Assembly (NCBI GenBank): GCA_965112155.1
Contig: OZ218099.1
Reading direction: 5' to 3' (one strand)
Origin: Podarcis liolepis
Taxonomy: Eukaryota
Length of the DNA: 64,000 bases
Shown piece by piece: positions 11,588 through 24,500 of the stretch. Position numbers and translations under genes: made by a program. Positions within the stretch are counted from its first letter, which is position 1. Each line of letters begins with the position of its first letter. The notes below the pieces were generated by a model. It worked only from the letters and a program-made list of their open reading frames with translations. It did not search any database and was not told the origin of the DNA.

Positions 11588-11726
11588 TTAAAATACTGTG
11601 ATACATCAAACACTAAAAGCTTCCCTAAACAGGGCTGCCTTCAGATGTCTTCTAAAAGTCTGGTAGTTGTTGTTCTCTTTGACATCTGGTGGGAGGGCGT
11701 TCCACAGGGAGGGTGCCACTACCGAG
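11588..11726 (-). mobile_element. L2-type LINE 3' fragment
   Basis: Minus-strand peptide SVVAPSLWNALP...TFRRHLKAALFREAF is typical of an L2 ORF2 C-terminus. Homologous to 17060-17190. Confidence 0.8.
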
Positions 11727-14678
11727 ATTTCTGCATGAATTTTTTTTTGAAATTTTTTTCCCCACCATATATTTGCAAAAGGCAGACAAAACAAGCTACC
11801 AATTTTCACTGCACCACCAAAGAAGAAAAGACAAAATATAACGGCAGCATAAGCTCCCTTTCCCTTTTAATCAGAAGTGACAACTTACGCAGATTTGACG
11901 CCCTTTAAAAATACAGGGATATGGAATCATGCTGAGAGAAGCAGTGCTTAGGAGTTAAACAGCCCGCTCAAGTACATTTTATACTGCTGTACCATGCAAA
12001 ATGTCCTCACATGTATCATTTCCAAAACCAGTCATTAAAGAGGTCTGAAGCTGATGTTATTGCAGAGCTTTGAATCTCAACTTGCCTAGTGGCACAAAGC
12101 CAAGCCCCGACTCTCCTTCCATAATGCCAGTAAAAGGAGAAATCAGCTAATCCTGGGTTCTTGCAGAGCTGCAAAGAATTTTAAACAGGACTAGAAAACT
12201 CAGCACAAACCTATCATTGCTGGTAGGCCTTTCATAATCAAAAAGCATCAGCAGGAAAGGAGGGGAAGAAGTATCTTTTCTCTTGCACATATATACATGG
12301 ATCTTATTTGTCTCTATTCTGAATCCCAATAAAATTTCCCTCTTAACAAAAGAGCAACTGAAAACTAAGATAACACAGAGCTTATAATAATCTTCATGTT
12401 CTCCTGTCAAATTCAGCCCAAATGGGAAAAGTTCTACACATACAGCATTGCACACAAATAAAAAATCATGTAGATATGCTTAAACGTGGCTGGATTATGT
12501 CCTATATTACCAGCCCCAAATCCTGAAAACATTGAATTGAGCTGAAACTCAGCTCAAATTCAACTTGTGAGCCTGGCTAGCAGAAGCCAGTGCAAGGACT
12601 TCCTCTAACTTACTCTCGTGTAAGTGTACACAGCACTGCAACTTTAATCTATCAGAGTTGATCTGGAGTGGGGGCGGGAATGTTGAATGGTAAAATGGCA
12701 AGACTTCACAAACTAAAACAAACTTATCATTATGGAACTACAACTATATGTTACTTCGGTGTGGAAGAATCTTAGGAGTTCCTTCAAATTTCACCCAACA
12801 GAGGAACAATCAACAGTATAAGGTCCTGAGAGTGATGAACTGTCCCAGATTTCCTGTTCATGTTGATTTCAGGCAAGCTGACATGAGGAAGGGGCAAGGG
12901 CCATGGAGAGGTGAATTAAAGTGGCAGAGAAGGTGACACGGGGCAGAAAAAAGAGAGCAAAAGGAAAAGGAAGTGGAGATGGAGACAAAATGCACTACTA
13001 GTAGGTGAAAGGAGATACAAGAGGGGGAGGGAGGGAAGGGGAATACAACAATATTTGGGAACATAATAGAAGAGGAGAGGAAAATGTGATAGTTTGACCT
13101 ATGCCTTTGTAACTCTTGCCCTCAACTCATGCTAATACCTGCAGGGCTAAGAATGGGACTCATTTTAAGGCTTAGTTCAGTTGGGGAGCTTCAGTTCCTT
13201 TGCTCCAAAAGTCTGAGAGCTTCCATAAAATGTGTGCTGCGGGCACTGTTCTCCAGAGGTGTAAAAAGCAGAGAAACACCTTTGTTGTTCAGTTTGCTTT
13301 ACTGTTCCATGAAAGGTTCTACCTCATCAAGCATGCATATTTTGTCGCAAAAATCGATACTAAAGAAAATTTGGCTCAATTCTACTGAAAAACAAAACAA
13401 AAACAAAACCCCAAACCCATGTCCTTTCTCTTCCATCCTGCCCCCCCCCCGGCCAATATTAATCATTGCCCTTGGATATTCACAAACTACTCTTTTCAAG
13501 GCAATTGCTTTAGATAAAATCTGCCTTTGAAAATTTGCCATCTCCTGTTTAGGAAGGGGAATATCAAGTTTTCACTCATTTTCCCCTGGTAGTTACTTCT
13601 TCAAAAGTTGATATGTATATTTGGTTTTGAAATATTATCTAAAAAAAGTAACAAAACTTTGCTTATCTCTTATCATATGCATGCCATTGCTCTTTCTTCA
13701 TAGAAGTTTGATAAAAGTTTATAGGAGTAAGTTCAATTTCTTCTAATGTTAAAGAAGTTCCTATTCTCATGCTATGAAGCAGGAACTAATAAACCCAGGG
13801 GGCGAACAAATCATACAGAGACATTTACTGGCACTTAGCAATTAAGTATGAGGCGGGAGTTATTTTGGACTTTTCCAAATTAGATGCTAGCAATTTTACA
13901 CAATCCTGAAAAGGGAAGACATCCTACAGGTGTCTCTCAGGCTGTCATTTTAAAGTTCTCATAAAACAATCAGGGGGTGGACTTGTGAGTAAGTATAATG
14001 GGGGGAAAAACATAATTCTGCTTTTTGCTGCAGTGCTGACTATACAAGGTGAAGCTCCAACAGTTTGCTGAAGTTGGGTCCCAAGGGTTGTAGCCTGCAC
14101 TGCAGCTTATTAAAGGAAACAGCATTCCTTTCAGCAGGGTTTTTTTCCTAGTTTTGCAGCGTTTTTACAGGGTGAAACAGCACTTTATTCAGAATGCACA
14201 AAATCATAGCAACTGGAAACATTGCAAAATTTATCATTGGTTATCCACATGACTTCTTTTATATTACTTCTTAAAGATATCGGTTCGCAATCTTGTTACA
14301 GTCTCATCATTAAGTTGTGCTGAATAACATGGACTTTCTCTTGAAGGCACACTAGTATATAGCAATTTCCACTAGTCTAAAAAACAGTAGCCCACCTCCT
14401 AAATTTGGTAGACAACTAAAAACATACCAAGTTGCCTTCCTTGGGCAATTCAAATCTTGTAGTTGCTACCTAAGGAGCTAGGCCTGTAAATAGCCATTCA
14501 CCTTTGATAAATAAGAATTAATTCTAGGGGACTGGAAAGACACCTTAAAAGTGGGGGGGGGGGAGGGGAGAGGAGAGGGAGAGGGAGTGTCACTTGTGAC
14601 CTAAAAGGAAACAAACAGAGATATTAGTCTGAACAAGTAACAAATAAGATTTTATAGAGAACTATACAGATATATAGT

Positions 14679-15046
14679 GGGACGCGGGTGGCGCTGTGGG
14701 TAAAACCTCAGCGCCTAGGACTTGCCGATCGCATGGTCGGCGGTTCGAATCCCCGTGGCGGGGTGCGCTCCCGTCGTTCGGTCCCAGCGCCTGCCAACCT
14801 AGCAGTTCGAAAGCACCTCCGGGTGCAAGTAGATAAATAGGGACCGCTTACCAGCGGGAAGGTAAACGGCGTTCCGTGTGCTGCGCTGGCTTGCCAGATG
14901 CAGCTTGTCACGCTGGCCATGTGACCCAGAAGTGTCTGCGGACAGCGCTGGCTCCCGGCCTATAGAGTGAGATGAGCGCACAACCCTAGAGTCTGGCAAG
15001 ACTGGCCCGTACGGGCAGGGGTACCTTTACCTTTACCTTTACCTTT
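14679..15046 (+). mobile_element. Full-length Sauria SINE with TSD
   Basis: A box TGGCGCTGTGG, B box GGTTCGAATCC, (ACCTTT)4 tail, flanking 14-bp repeat tatacagatatata / tatatagatatata, CpG-rich. Confidence 0.95.
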
Positions 15047-16964
15047 ATATAGATATATATGGAAAGCCTCTTAGGAGCAAGGGGTTGATGGGTCCACCCC
15101 ATCTTCACCTAGAAATGATGTTAGGCCCACATGGTGCAGGTCAGGTGTCTGGGTCTGGATTGTGTAAAAGAGGAGCCATGGGTACTAACATAGCAGCATC
15201 TTCTTTCTACCACAACTGGAGATACTTGTGAGCTTTATAATTGCTTAGTTCAGAATGCAAACTTCAGTTACTCATGTCTGCCTCAAATACCAGGCAAGAA
15301 GAACAATTCCCCTCCCACTTGCAAATTTTCAGCCCTTCCTCCACCTGCGTCTACTCGCTGCTTCTTCTGTGAAAAGGGTGGGTGATGGACTCTGCTGATC
15401 CGTCAACTGGAGAAACGGTTGACTCCGATTTACGCAGAATAAGCTGAGCTATTTCCTGGTGCATTAGGGAACCATCTTCCAATCCAAGGAATACTATGGG
15501 AAGGGGGTGATTCACTCATTGCCAAACACAGCTTCTGTAGCCCCCTTCAGCTTCACAAGAAATAACAAACAGCAGAAAAGCCTTTTCTCAGAAAGAGAAC
15601 ACTCTGTGAACCCACATCTCTCAAGATCCAAGCCCAGCCCTCCAATCAATGAATCACACTTGTTTGTGGGTTGTATTATGTAGTTCGCTGGAATTTCAAG
15701 CTCTCTGAGCACAGCATGTTACGCTTATATGGAAAATGGAGACACACACAGCTTGGTGGAAGCAGTATTTTGATTGATTCTTTCCACTTAATAAGAGGGG
15801 AATTTCAAAACTTAACATTCATTACTTGGTATGCAGGATATTCCTCACCCATTACAACTGCAGTATCTTAGTGACCTACTTTTAGTAGAGATGGAGTTTA
15901 TGCTGTGAGAATTTAGCACCAAATGCTTTGAAATGTCTACTGAAAGGTCTGTAGCCCACGTTATTAATGTGCATGCCATCCAGGCATGTGATAAGCAATG
16001 ATCTTTATATACTAATCTCAGAGTGATGCAAAATGTAAATGGACCTCCAGCCTTACAGCAAGCTGTACCTGCAGAGAATGACTCTGTTGCAAAGCACTGA
16101 ATATTGAGAGCCTGTAGCATAACATGCAAGAGAATGCTTTTCTCTACCAGAATCAGTTCATTTTGGTGTTACTCGGTCCCTGCATGTCTTTCAACACCAG
16201 AAAACAATAGCCCAATTTCAAAATAAAAGCTAGGCTTCCGTACAAAGATGAACACATTAATCTGGGAGACACACTATGACCCCTCTACCCATCCTAAAAA
16301 TGTCCAGTTTGTATTTTTTTTTTACTGTTTTCTGAACACCTGATTTCTTTGCAGTTCAATGATACCAAGGACAGAAAAGTACTTTTCCAGAGACACTTTC
16401 TATGCCTCTGGTTGTGAGCTACGAAGCCTAGATTGGAGCGTGGGCAGCTTGACTCAATAGCTGTTAAACTCCCTTACACAAATAATAATCTTTTATAGCA
16501 TTTTCAAGTTTGGAAGAGAAAGAACTGGCAAGGGAACTGCACTCCCTACCTTCTGGTTCCTTTGAGATGTACTAGGTTTATTAATTATTTATTAATAAAT
16601 AACATAAAATAAAAATAAGCATTCAGTCTGCTATCATCAATACGAGGGAATTTCACTTTTCTTCCAACAGCTTCATCCTCCTCTCTCCAATCAATCCAGG
16701 CCTTAATTACTAAATAGAACAGATCCACCAACACCACCCCAAACTTATAAATTCCAAGAAAAGTTACATTTCATTATGTTATATACACGGATACATTCAA
16801 TACAAATAACATACCTCACTGCAGAGTTGCACAAAAGAGGACTGATTACTACAAACAAGGGAGGATTGTTTGTTTGACATTGATCCATTCCTTGATGCTT
16901 CTTGTAGTGAATGCTGAGACAGGCTGGCACTAAATGTTTAGAGTTGTGGGGAGCAAGACCAAGA

Positions 16965-17702
16965 TGATGATGATGATTATTATTATTTATACCCCACCCA
17001 TCTGGCTGGGTTTCCCCAGCCACTCTGAGCTGCTTCCAACAAAATATTAAAAATACAATAAAACGTAAGACATTAAAAACTTCCCTAAACAGGGACCTTC
17101 AGATGTCCTCTAAAAGTCAGATAGTTGTTTATTTCCTTGACATCTGATGGGAGGGCATTCCACAGGGTAGGCACCGAGAAGGCCTTCTGCCTGGTCCTCT
17201 GTAACTTCCCTTCTCGCAGTGAGGGAACTGCCAGAAGGTCCTCAGAGGTGGACCTCAGTGTCTGGGCTAAACAATGTGGGTAGAGACGCTCCTTCAGATA
17301 TACAGGACCGAGGCTGTTTAGGGCAGGGTAGGCAACCTAAGGCCCATGGCTGGATGCGGCCCAATTGCCTTTGCAATCCGGCCCACAGACAGTCCAGGAA
17401 CCAGTGTATTTTTACATGAGTAGAATGTGTCCTTTTATTTAAAATGCATCTCTGGGTTATTTGTGGGGCCTGCTTGGCATTTTTACATGAGTAGAATGTG
17501 TGTTTTTATTTAAAATGCATCTCTGGGTTATTTGTGGGGCATAGGAATTTGTTCATCCCCCCCCCCAAAAAAAATACAGTCCAGCCCACCACATGGTCTG
17601 AGGGACGGTGGACTGGCCTACGGCTGAAAAAGGTTTCTGACCCCTGGTTTAGGGCTTTAAAGGTCAGCACAACACTTTGAATTGTGCTCAGAAACATATT
17701 GG
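16965..17702 (-). mobile_element. L2-type LINE 3' fragment, split by a hAT MITE
   Basis: (TAT)n tail, ataccccacccatctggctgggtttccccagccactctg 3' UTR, ORF2 C-terminal relic resuming after 17654. Confidence 0.85.
17324..17646. mobile_element. hAT (Charlie-like) MITE with perfect 8-bp TSD and internal ~70-bp duplication
   Basis: Termini CAGGGTAGGCAACCT / AGGTTTCTGACCCCTG; TSD GTTTAGGG at 17316-23 and 17647-54. Confidence 0.92.
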
Positions 17703-17949
17703 GAGGGAGGAAGTCAGCAGACTTCCCTTAAACAAAGGCAAAATGCTCTTGGTGGGTCCTTTTATAAGACAGGGACAAAGTCACTCTCTCCCAGCCTAAG
17801 CTGCTCAAAGGTCAAAATAGGGAAGGCAAGAGCAAGTACCCTGCCTTGAATTTTTTGAAGGAAGGGCAAGAGACAAATGTAGCAGATAAAGAAAAGCAGT
17901 ATCTGTTGCATTAAAAAAAAATGCATTCATTTATTCACTTAAACATTGT

Positions 17950-18173
17950 GGGTTGTAGCCAATGCTCTGTGGGCAGAAGTCCATTTGCACAATGGGACTT
18001 TCCTCTCCACTCCGCCGTTACCCCCCCCCCAAATCTGCTCCAGAGGGTCTGCTAATCCTCCAGAACTGATTTTGATGGCATGCAGGGAGTTACAGGGGAA
18101 AGGAGAAGAGGAAAAAGTTCAATTCTGCAAGCAGAAATATATTGCACTAACAGAAAAGTATGGTTGGATAAAA
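17950..18173. mobile_element. Old palindromic MITE-like repeat (family of 5027 and 50252)
   Basis: Ends gggttgtagccaa / ttggataaaa; shared core aaatctgctccagagg. Confidence 0.45.
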
Positions 18174-19411
18174 ATTAATTAATTTATGACATATCCCCCC
18201 CTTACCTTCCTCAATAACATGTAACAACCACTCATTTTGCACACATATTGAACACAAAGCAAAATGCTCCAAAATCCATAACAAATCAGGAAAAATAAGC
18301 AGAGACTTTAAGGGTGTTTTGAATATTGCAGAATCCAGCTACAATCTAACTCCCCAATGTATTCCTTGAGCTGCAGAAATGTGCTCAAACAAGCTGCAGA
18401 CTTAGAAACAATGAATATGGTAACTAGGCTTAAAAATTGTCATGGTTTATTTGCTGTGAGGTATTGACTCAGGCTCTCGTGTATAACACAGTATTATTTG
18501 CTCACTCTTCATTCACTGAATAATGTCAAAGCAAATTGAAGTTATATAAATATCATTAAGGTTGTACCACAAAACAAGACACAGAAAAGGAACAAAATAT
18601 TCCATAAGACTACCTCATGTCGTACTAGAATGTTGCTGAAGGCACTGCGATGTTAGAGGTGTTATCTTTCAGATGATACAAACCCAAACCGCTTATCAAC
18701 CCCGCCATAGAATCAAAGAATCAATCACAAAATCACATGAATTTATAATAAATGCAAAATCCATTTCTCAAACTCAAGGCTACCACAGAAGTATCCCTCC
18801 TTAAAAACATTATGGCGCTATTTCATTTATACCACATCTTTGGATATAGATTGATATTTATGTTTCTAAACTGAAGCCACTAAATACAGATTTCTACCAG
18901 GGACAAAGGTTTTGCTGAACTGTATTTGTACTTATGCTTATTTTGGTGCACTAAAAGTCTTAAGATAATTATATGGGTTTTGGAGGAAAGAAAATCCAGG
19001 TGGGTTTTTATTCATTCTATTTGAGTTCCACAGAAATATAGCCATGAATTTCCTTCCTTCTTTATACAAAGAACTTGCTCACAGAAAAGAAAAATTTCCC
19101 ATACATCAATCATATAACTTAAAAGGTCTCTCTAGAATTGCTTTTCAAAAAAATTACTGTATATATGATTTCCTTATAAGCACAGACCCATTTTATTTTT
19201 CCTTGTTTATTTCCCTCTCTGGGATGGGGTGTATAAAAACAGTCTTGCAAAAAAGTGACTGATACTGAGCAACCATCTCAAGGAAGTGTTAATATGGTAA
19301 AAATGGCAAAAGCGTTTGCTGGTAATAGTCTATCAATCCACTCGACAATCACCTCCTACTGAACAGGTTAAGTGAAAGCAAACAACTGGTTTACTGTTCT
19401 GTTATTAAAAT

Positions 19412-19625
19412 ATTATAAAAACTCGCTGAATCAGAACAAAAGTCCCATCTAGTCTAGCATTCTGTTCTAACAATGGCCAACTAGATACCAATGGGAAGTC
19501 CAAAAGCAGGACATAAGTAAAATAGCATTATCCCACTCAAAACCCCCGCACCTGGTACTCAGAGGCACCACACCATCATATGGGAAGTAATATCAAGTAA
19601 TTGAGGCTAGTAACTTCTGATATAA
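19412..19625 (-). mobile_element. CR1-type LINE 3' fragment (degenerate)
   Basis: gctgaatcagaacaaaagtcccatctagtctagcattctgttc...ggccaactagat...aagcaggac; relative at 39400. Confidence 0.55.
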
Positions 19626-20009
19626 AATGTTAATATAATGAACAATGACTAACACATATCTATTATATGAATTGTGTTATCATTTTTAATGGCTTCATAA
19701 AAATTATCAGGGTCTATTGTAGGAAAGCAATAGGAAAGCATGAAAGAAAACCCTGGCCTATATATTACATACCATGCAACCACTCTATTCAGGTATTATA
19801 AATGGATTTCTACATTTTGAATCCTGAGACCTCAAAAACAAATTTTGGAGAAGTCAGGACAGAAATGTAAGATGATAGGACGATTAACACCGATGGGGAT
19901 AACAGCACATACATTACATTGGCTAGTTTATACACTAATTCATGTGAACGAGCTACACTCTGACATTTCTTCTTGGGACTTGTCAACTAAGCACTGGTTT
20001 CTTTTAATA

Positions 20010-20130
20010 AATAGTATTATTAGTATTATTATTAATATTATTATTATTATTATTATTAGGTTTCCCCAGCTACTCTGGGTGGCTTACAGCATATCTAAAA
20101 ACATAATAAAAACATCAGCGTTAAAAAGCG
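20010..20130 (-). mobile_element. L2 3' tip with (TAT)n tail
   Basis: (TAT)n followed by ggtttccccagctactctgggtggctt, homologous to the 16965 copy. Confidence 0.7.
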
Positions 20131-21419
20131 TTTAGGACCTCAACATCCTTAACATTCTAATCCTCAAACTACTCCCCCCCCAAAAAAAAAATCCAAATGA
20201 ACTTAAGACCACTTCACAGTAAATATTTTGAGTTCAGTGAACATAAAGACATATCAGCATAAGGCTTTTAACTTCTGTTTATAGCAGACTGGCAACTTAC
20301 CATGTGGGACTTTCACAGCTAAGGAAAATAGACATTGCAGATTTCACCAAAGGGCTGTTCCACACAGCACACCTGATTGCTCTATGCTCACCGGCGCTAC
20401 ATCACCATTTCCTGAGAAAATATGCTAAGTGTGGATGGCATACCTTCACCTTAAATATAGCCATCTGGGAATCCTGACTGGACCAGAGCTCCCCACAACT
20501 ATTTAAAAATACATGCATGCTGTTGTCCACACTTTTAAAAGTTTGCTACCAAAAGCAATTGGGTTTGTCATGTAAAGTGCAAAGCTGTTCAGAGTGGAAA
20601 GCCAGGATATGCATACAAAACTGACACTGCAACTCAACTGCAATAATTTCACAAATACTGCAAAAGCAGAAGAGCTGACAAAAGAATCTTAATTCTGCAG
20701 TGTGACATGAAAAACAGAAAGAGGAAAAGAAAGCACTGGACACTCTATTTACTAAAGCTTTAAACCTGTTTGTGCATCAGAGCTATTAGGTATCTGGTGT
20801 TCCACTTGTTTTGGTAGTGTAAACTTCTTAGAATATGCTTTCATCTCTTTCCGCCTCGGCAGAAGGCCACATCACTTCAAATTATCTTCTCTTTTGTTTA
20901 TGCCTGTGAATTTTTGTACTCCATGCTATTGCTTAACTAGCTTATTTGAAGCATTTTTGTAACATATGGGATTTACACCCCAATCCTCAAAGCGTAGTAC
21001 CACTGAAAACCTCCTGTGGAATAAACGAAATATGCACAAGTAGAAGAACTTGAGGATCAGCGCTATAGCTTGTCTGGAAAATGGTCTACTGATATAACAT
21101 TGTGTTGTACCATATGGTATTTCTGATTTGTGAAAAGGCAGACTATTTTAATTTCCAGCACAGTAAGTCCCTTAATCTGAGCAAACCCAAATATCCAGCT
21201 AGAATCCAAAACGTAATAAACAGAAGGATAATCAAAGCCAAGAAGGTGAAAGTATGCTTAATAAGATACTCTCCCAGATGAACACCTCAATCCTTGTAAT
21301 TTAGTACTGCAGTGATATTTTAGAGCAGTTGAAGTATTTGGGTCAACAAGTCTATCAGTCCAACAGGCAAGGCTCATAGAACATGCAATATTCCTCCAAA
21401 TAGCAGACAAGTCACTCAC

Positions 21420-21595
21420 CATCTCAGTGCAATCTTGATTGGTGTAGTAAGACAGGATGTGAACAGGTCAGCTGGCAGGTCAGGGATCATCGGTAACAAC
21501 TCACTGGCTTCACATGCTGCCAGTTGAATGCAATTTTTCATTGAAGGAGGCAAGGGCATCTGAGCCAGTGGATGGTTAGGGTTAATTGCAGCCAC
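21420..21595 (-). CDS. RPTOR: Raptor coding exon (exon 6), 176 bp, phase 0-2: [58 protein letters not shown](W)
   Basis: Peptide recognised. Acceptor ...ttcctatgaag|GTG; donor TG|gtgagt. ORF 21416..21601. Confidence 0.98.
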
Positions 21596-24500
21596 CTTCA
21601 TAGGAAATTAAAACAAACAGCAGTTAAGTCTTCCTACTGATTAACTACCAGTATCTAGAAAATCTTCTGGAAACAAAACTAGTTAGGAGATGCCAAAGCT
21701 CAGAGAACCATTCAACTCATCAACAATTAAATTACTAATGATACTGGTGCAGTTTGCAAAGCAGAAATGAATAGTTCTAGCCTATCCAAAGGGTAACTGC
21801 TTATCCAAAGGATGCCTTCCTATACTCTTTAGTCATGGCATGGGTCATTTATCTCAAAGGCACTACCTTAGTGGTTGCAGGAAGGTGGCTGCATGAGCTG
21901 CACAGCCTGAACTTCTGCCTATATTGGCCACACGGGCAACTGAAAACCAAGATAGGGTTTAGAAATGAAGCCTAGGATACAGGCTGTTCAGGTGCCTTAA
22001 GTGGTATGTTATTTAATATAATATTTTTCTATTCTACCTACACAGCTTCAGTGCCCAAGCTGGCTAATAGACAATAAACTATGAAGTTACAGCAATACAC
22101 AATAAAGCAGCATATTATAAATCACAAAATAAAATATAAATTCAGTGTTAATTTTACTTTGCTTTTAACAGAAGGGTTTGGGTTTGTTTGTTTGTTTTTG
22201 CATATTTTGTTGTGGCAAAGGCCTAAGAAAAGCATTAAGAAAGCATTAGGGGGGAAATGAGGAAAGCATTTAAAGATCAGTCAGTTGGATTGAATCCTTT
22301 GAACCCTCTTTGCTAGCACCATCATCATACCATAATGCCTAAAACCAATCCATGACGTCTCTACTCATTTTTCCTTCATCACCCTGATTTTTTTTTAAAA
22401 AAATTTTAATTTGAGACTATGATAATTTGATCCAATTTCCATTATAAAGACGTTGCTTGAGTACAAGTTTCTGTAGGATGCTCAACAAAAGACTGGACCA
22501 CCAAATTGGCCATTCAATGAACTACTGTAGATATCACCACCTCATTCATGAACAGTGTTATTATAACCTGAAGTAGCTCATCAGTATAAATATTAATTGG
22601 CTGAAAATGATTATGAAAGAAAAACTTCTCTGTCATCATTTGAAAATGCTTAGAAAGAAAACATACTGAAAACCAGTTTAACAGCCTTTCATGAAACTAT
22701 GTCTATCTGATGCACAGTGTCTCTCCGAGAGAGTGAAAAAAGAAGTTTCTGGTATCTCATGGGATTTCTGGTGTTGAAATTCTGGCTGCAGGGAAGCAAT
22801 TGTTCCAAATTACAAATGTGAGAAGAAATAGTGCTTCCAAACCTCCACAATGGAGATCAGAAATATTAATTAGCTAGGAAAGGTCTGTATAAACTAGCCC
22901 TTACTCATATTCATGTGCAAATTAGAAATAAAAAGGAGAATTGCAAGAAGATAAAACATTACGCCTGAGGGAACAGGGCAGAAGGGAAAGAATCCTTATG
23001 GGAAAATGAATACACAGGGAGAGAAAGAAATGAAAGGTCTTCTTTAACTGCTAAGATTGCATGTAGGCAGTTTGTATGGATCCTTTCTCAAAGCTCAATT
23101 TTAAAATGGGCCTTTGATGGTAACCAGCTTGGAAAAAAGAAAACGTTTTATCGGAACACTCCACAGCAGTTGGTCACAGGAGAAATTTCAAAGCAAGTCC
23201 CTAACACTTCAGTAACCAGAAGAAGAGCCAACATAGTGAAACTACTCCAAAGCAGGAAATTGCTTCCCAAGGTCTGGATGACATCACTGGTATGAATTGA
23301 GAACGGTTCATTCCCTCTTTGCCATGAAAGCTGAGCCACAATGAGAGACAGAAATAACAGAAACGTCAAACAGCTTGCACATACTGATGTTCGAAACAGA
23401 CTCTTATCCTAGTAACAGTGCTGTCATCATCCAACCAACCAGATTTTACTACAATACAACAGTTACTGAGAGCAAACAAAGCTAGGCAACGTGGCTATGC
23501 CTGCTTCCCAAAGGCCAAGTGCTGCTAACATTTTTGAGCCAAGGGCACACTGGGAATTTTGAGAGCCAGCTGTGGGCATCACCACCTCTGGTTGCTTCTC
23601 CTCACCCTTGATCAATGTCTCCGCCCCACAGACAGAGAGAAAACACATTAACATGATTGCATACATGTTTTTGGTCTCGTCATGTTTAAACAGTAACGGT
23701 AGAGCAAGTACCAAAGTACATATTTTTCAGTATAAAACTATTTTGAAGAGCAAATTTCTAATTACCCCTATGCATTTAAAGACATAAACATCTTTTCAGC
23801 AGTAGATATTACAAACCAGTGCAGTTACAGAAAAGTAAATATTAAACCTGCTAATTTAAAGGAGATAACTTACAATAAAGGCTCACTTAAAGAATTAATC
23901 ATTTTTCTGCAATGTGCTTTTATATTACTGTTAGGGAAGTAACCCCAACCACACTTTGCTTGATCTTTACTTACATAGTTTCTTAACCTGCCTTTCAAAC
24001 AGTAACAAGTAGTGTTGTTCCATACTAAGCTTGTAATACAAGGCAAACTCAATGAAAAGTGACTTGTTCCTATGGTGAATATTCCACATTTACAACTTTG
24101 CAAGGTTCCGAGGGAGATTAATGGTGGTAAGAGGATGCCGCTGAAACTGAAGAATGGGATTTGGGTGAGGTAACTTGCATGTAGTGCTATGTCATGTAAC
24201 CCACACTGCACTCCACAACAGAAGGATACCTTTATACAGTCTTAAGGCTGCTCTCTGTACCATGTACCTCTTGAAGACAGCATCAGATTCTCTCACAGCT
24301 GATGTCATGGTTTCAGCCATGTGTTCACATGTGTACTATGTCAAAACTTGACAGTTCTGAAATCTCTGTTGAGGTTTTCGGTCATCAAGCCCATAAAAAG
24401 TTTATGCAATTCTATTTCCAGTGTCCTTAGTGGTCTTAACTAAATTCTTGGCAAGCTGCTGCTGATCCACCTTCTTCCTGTTCCTAAGCCTAGCTGACCT

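Noticed and set aside
11112-11908. Longest ORFs in the window (245 aa and 165 aa)
   Set aside because: They arise from stop-poor GC-rich palindromic MITE repeats plus an L2 relic. No transposase motifs or splice structure.
14679-14760. tRNA gene-like A and B boxes (also at 215 and 8080)
   Set aside because: SINE heads continuing into SINE bodies and tails. No full cloverleaf or terminator.
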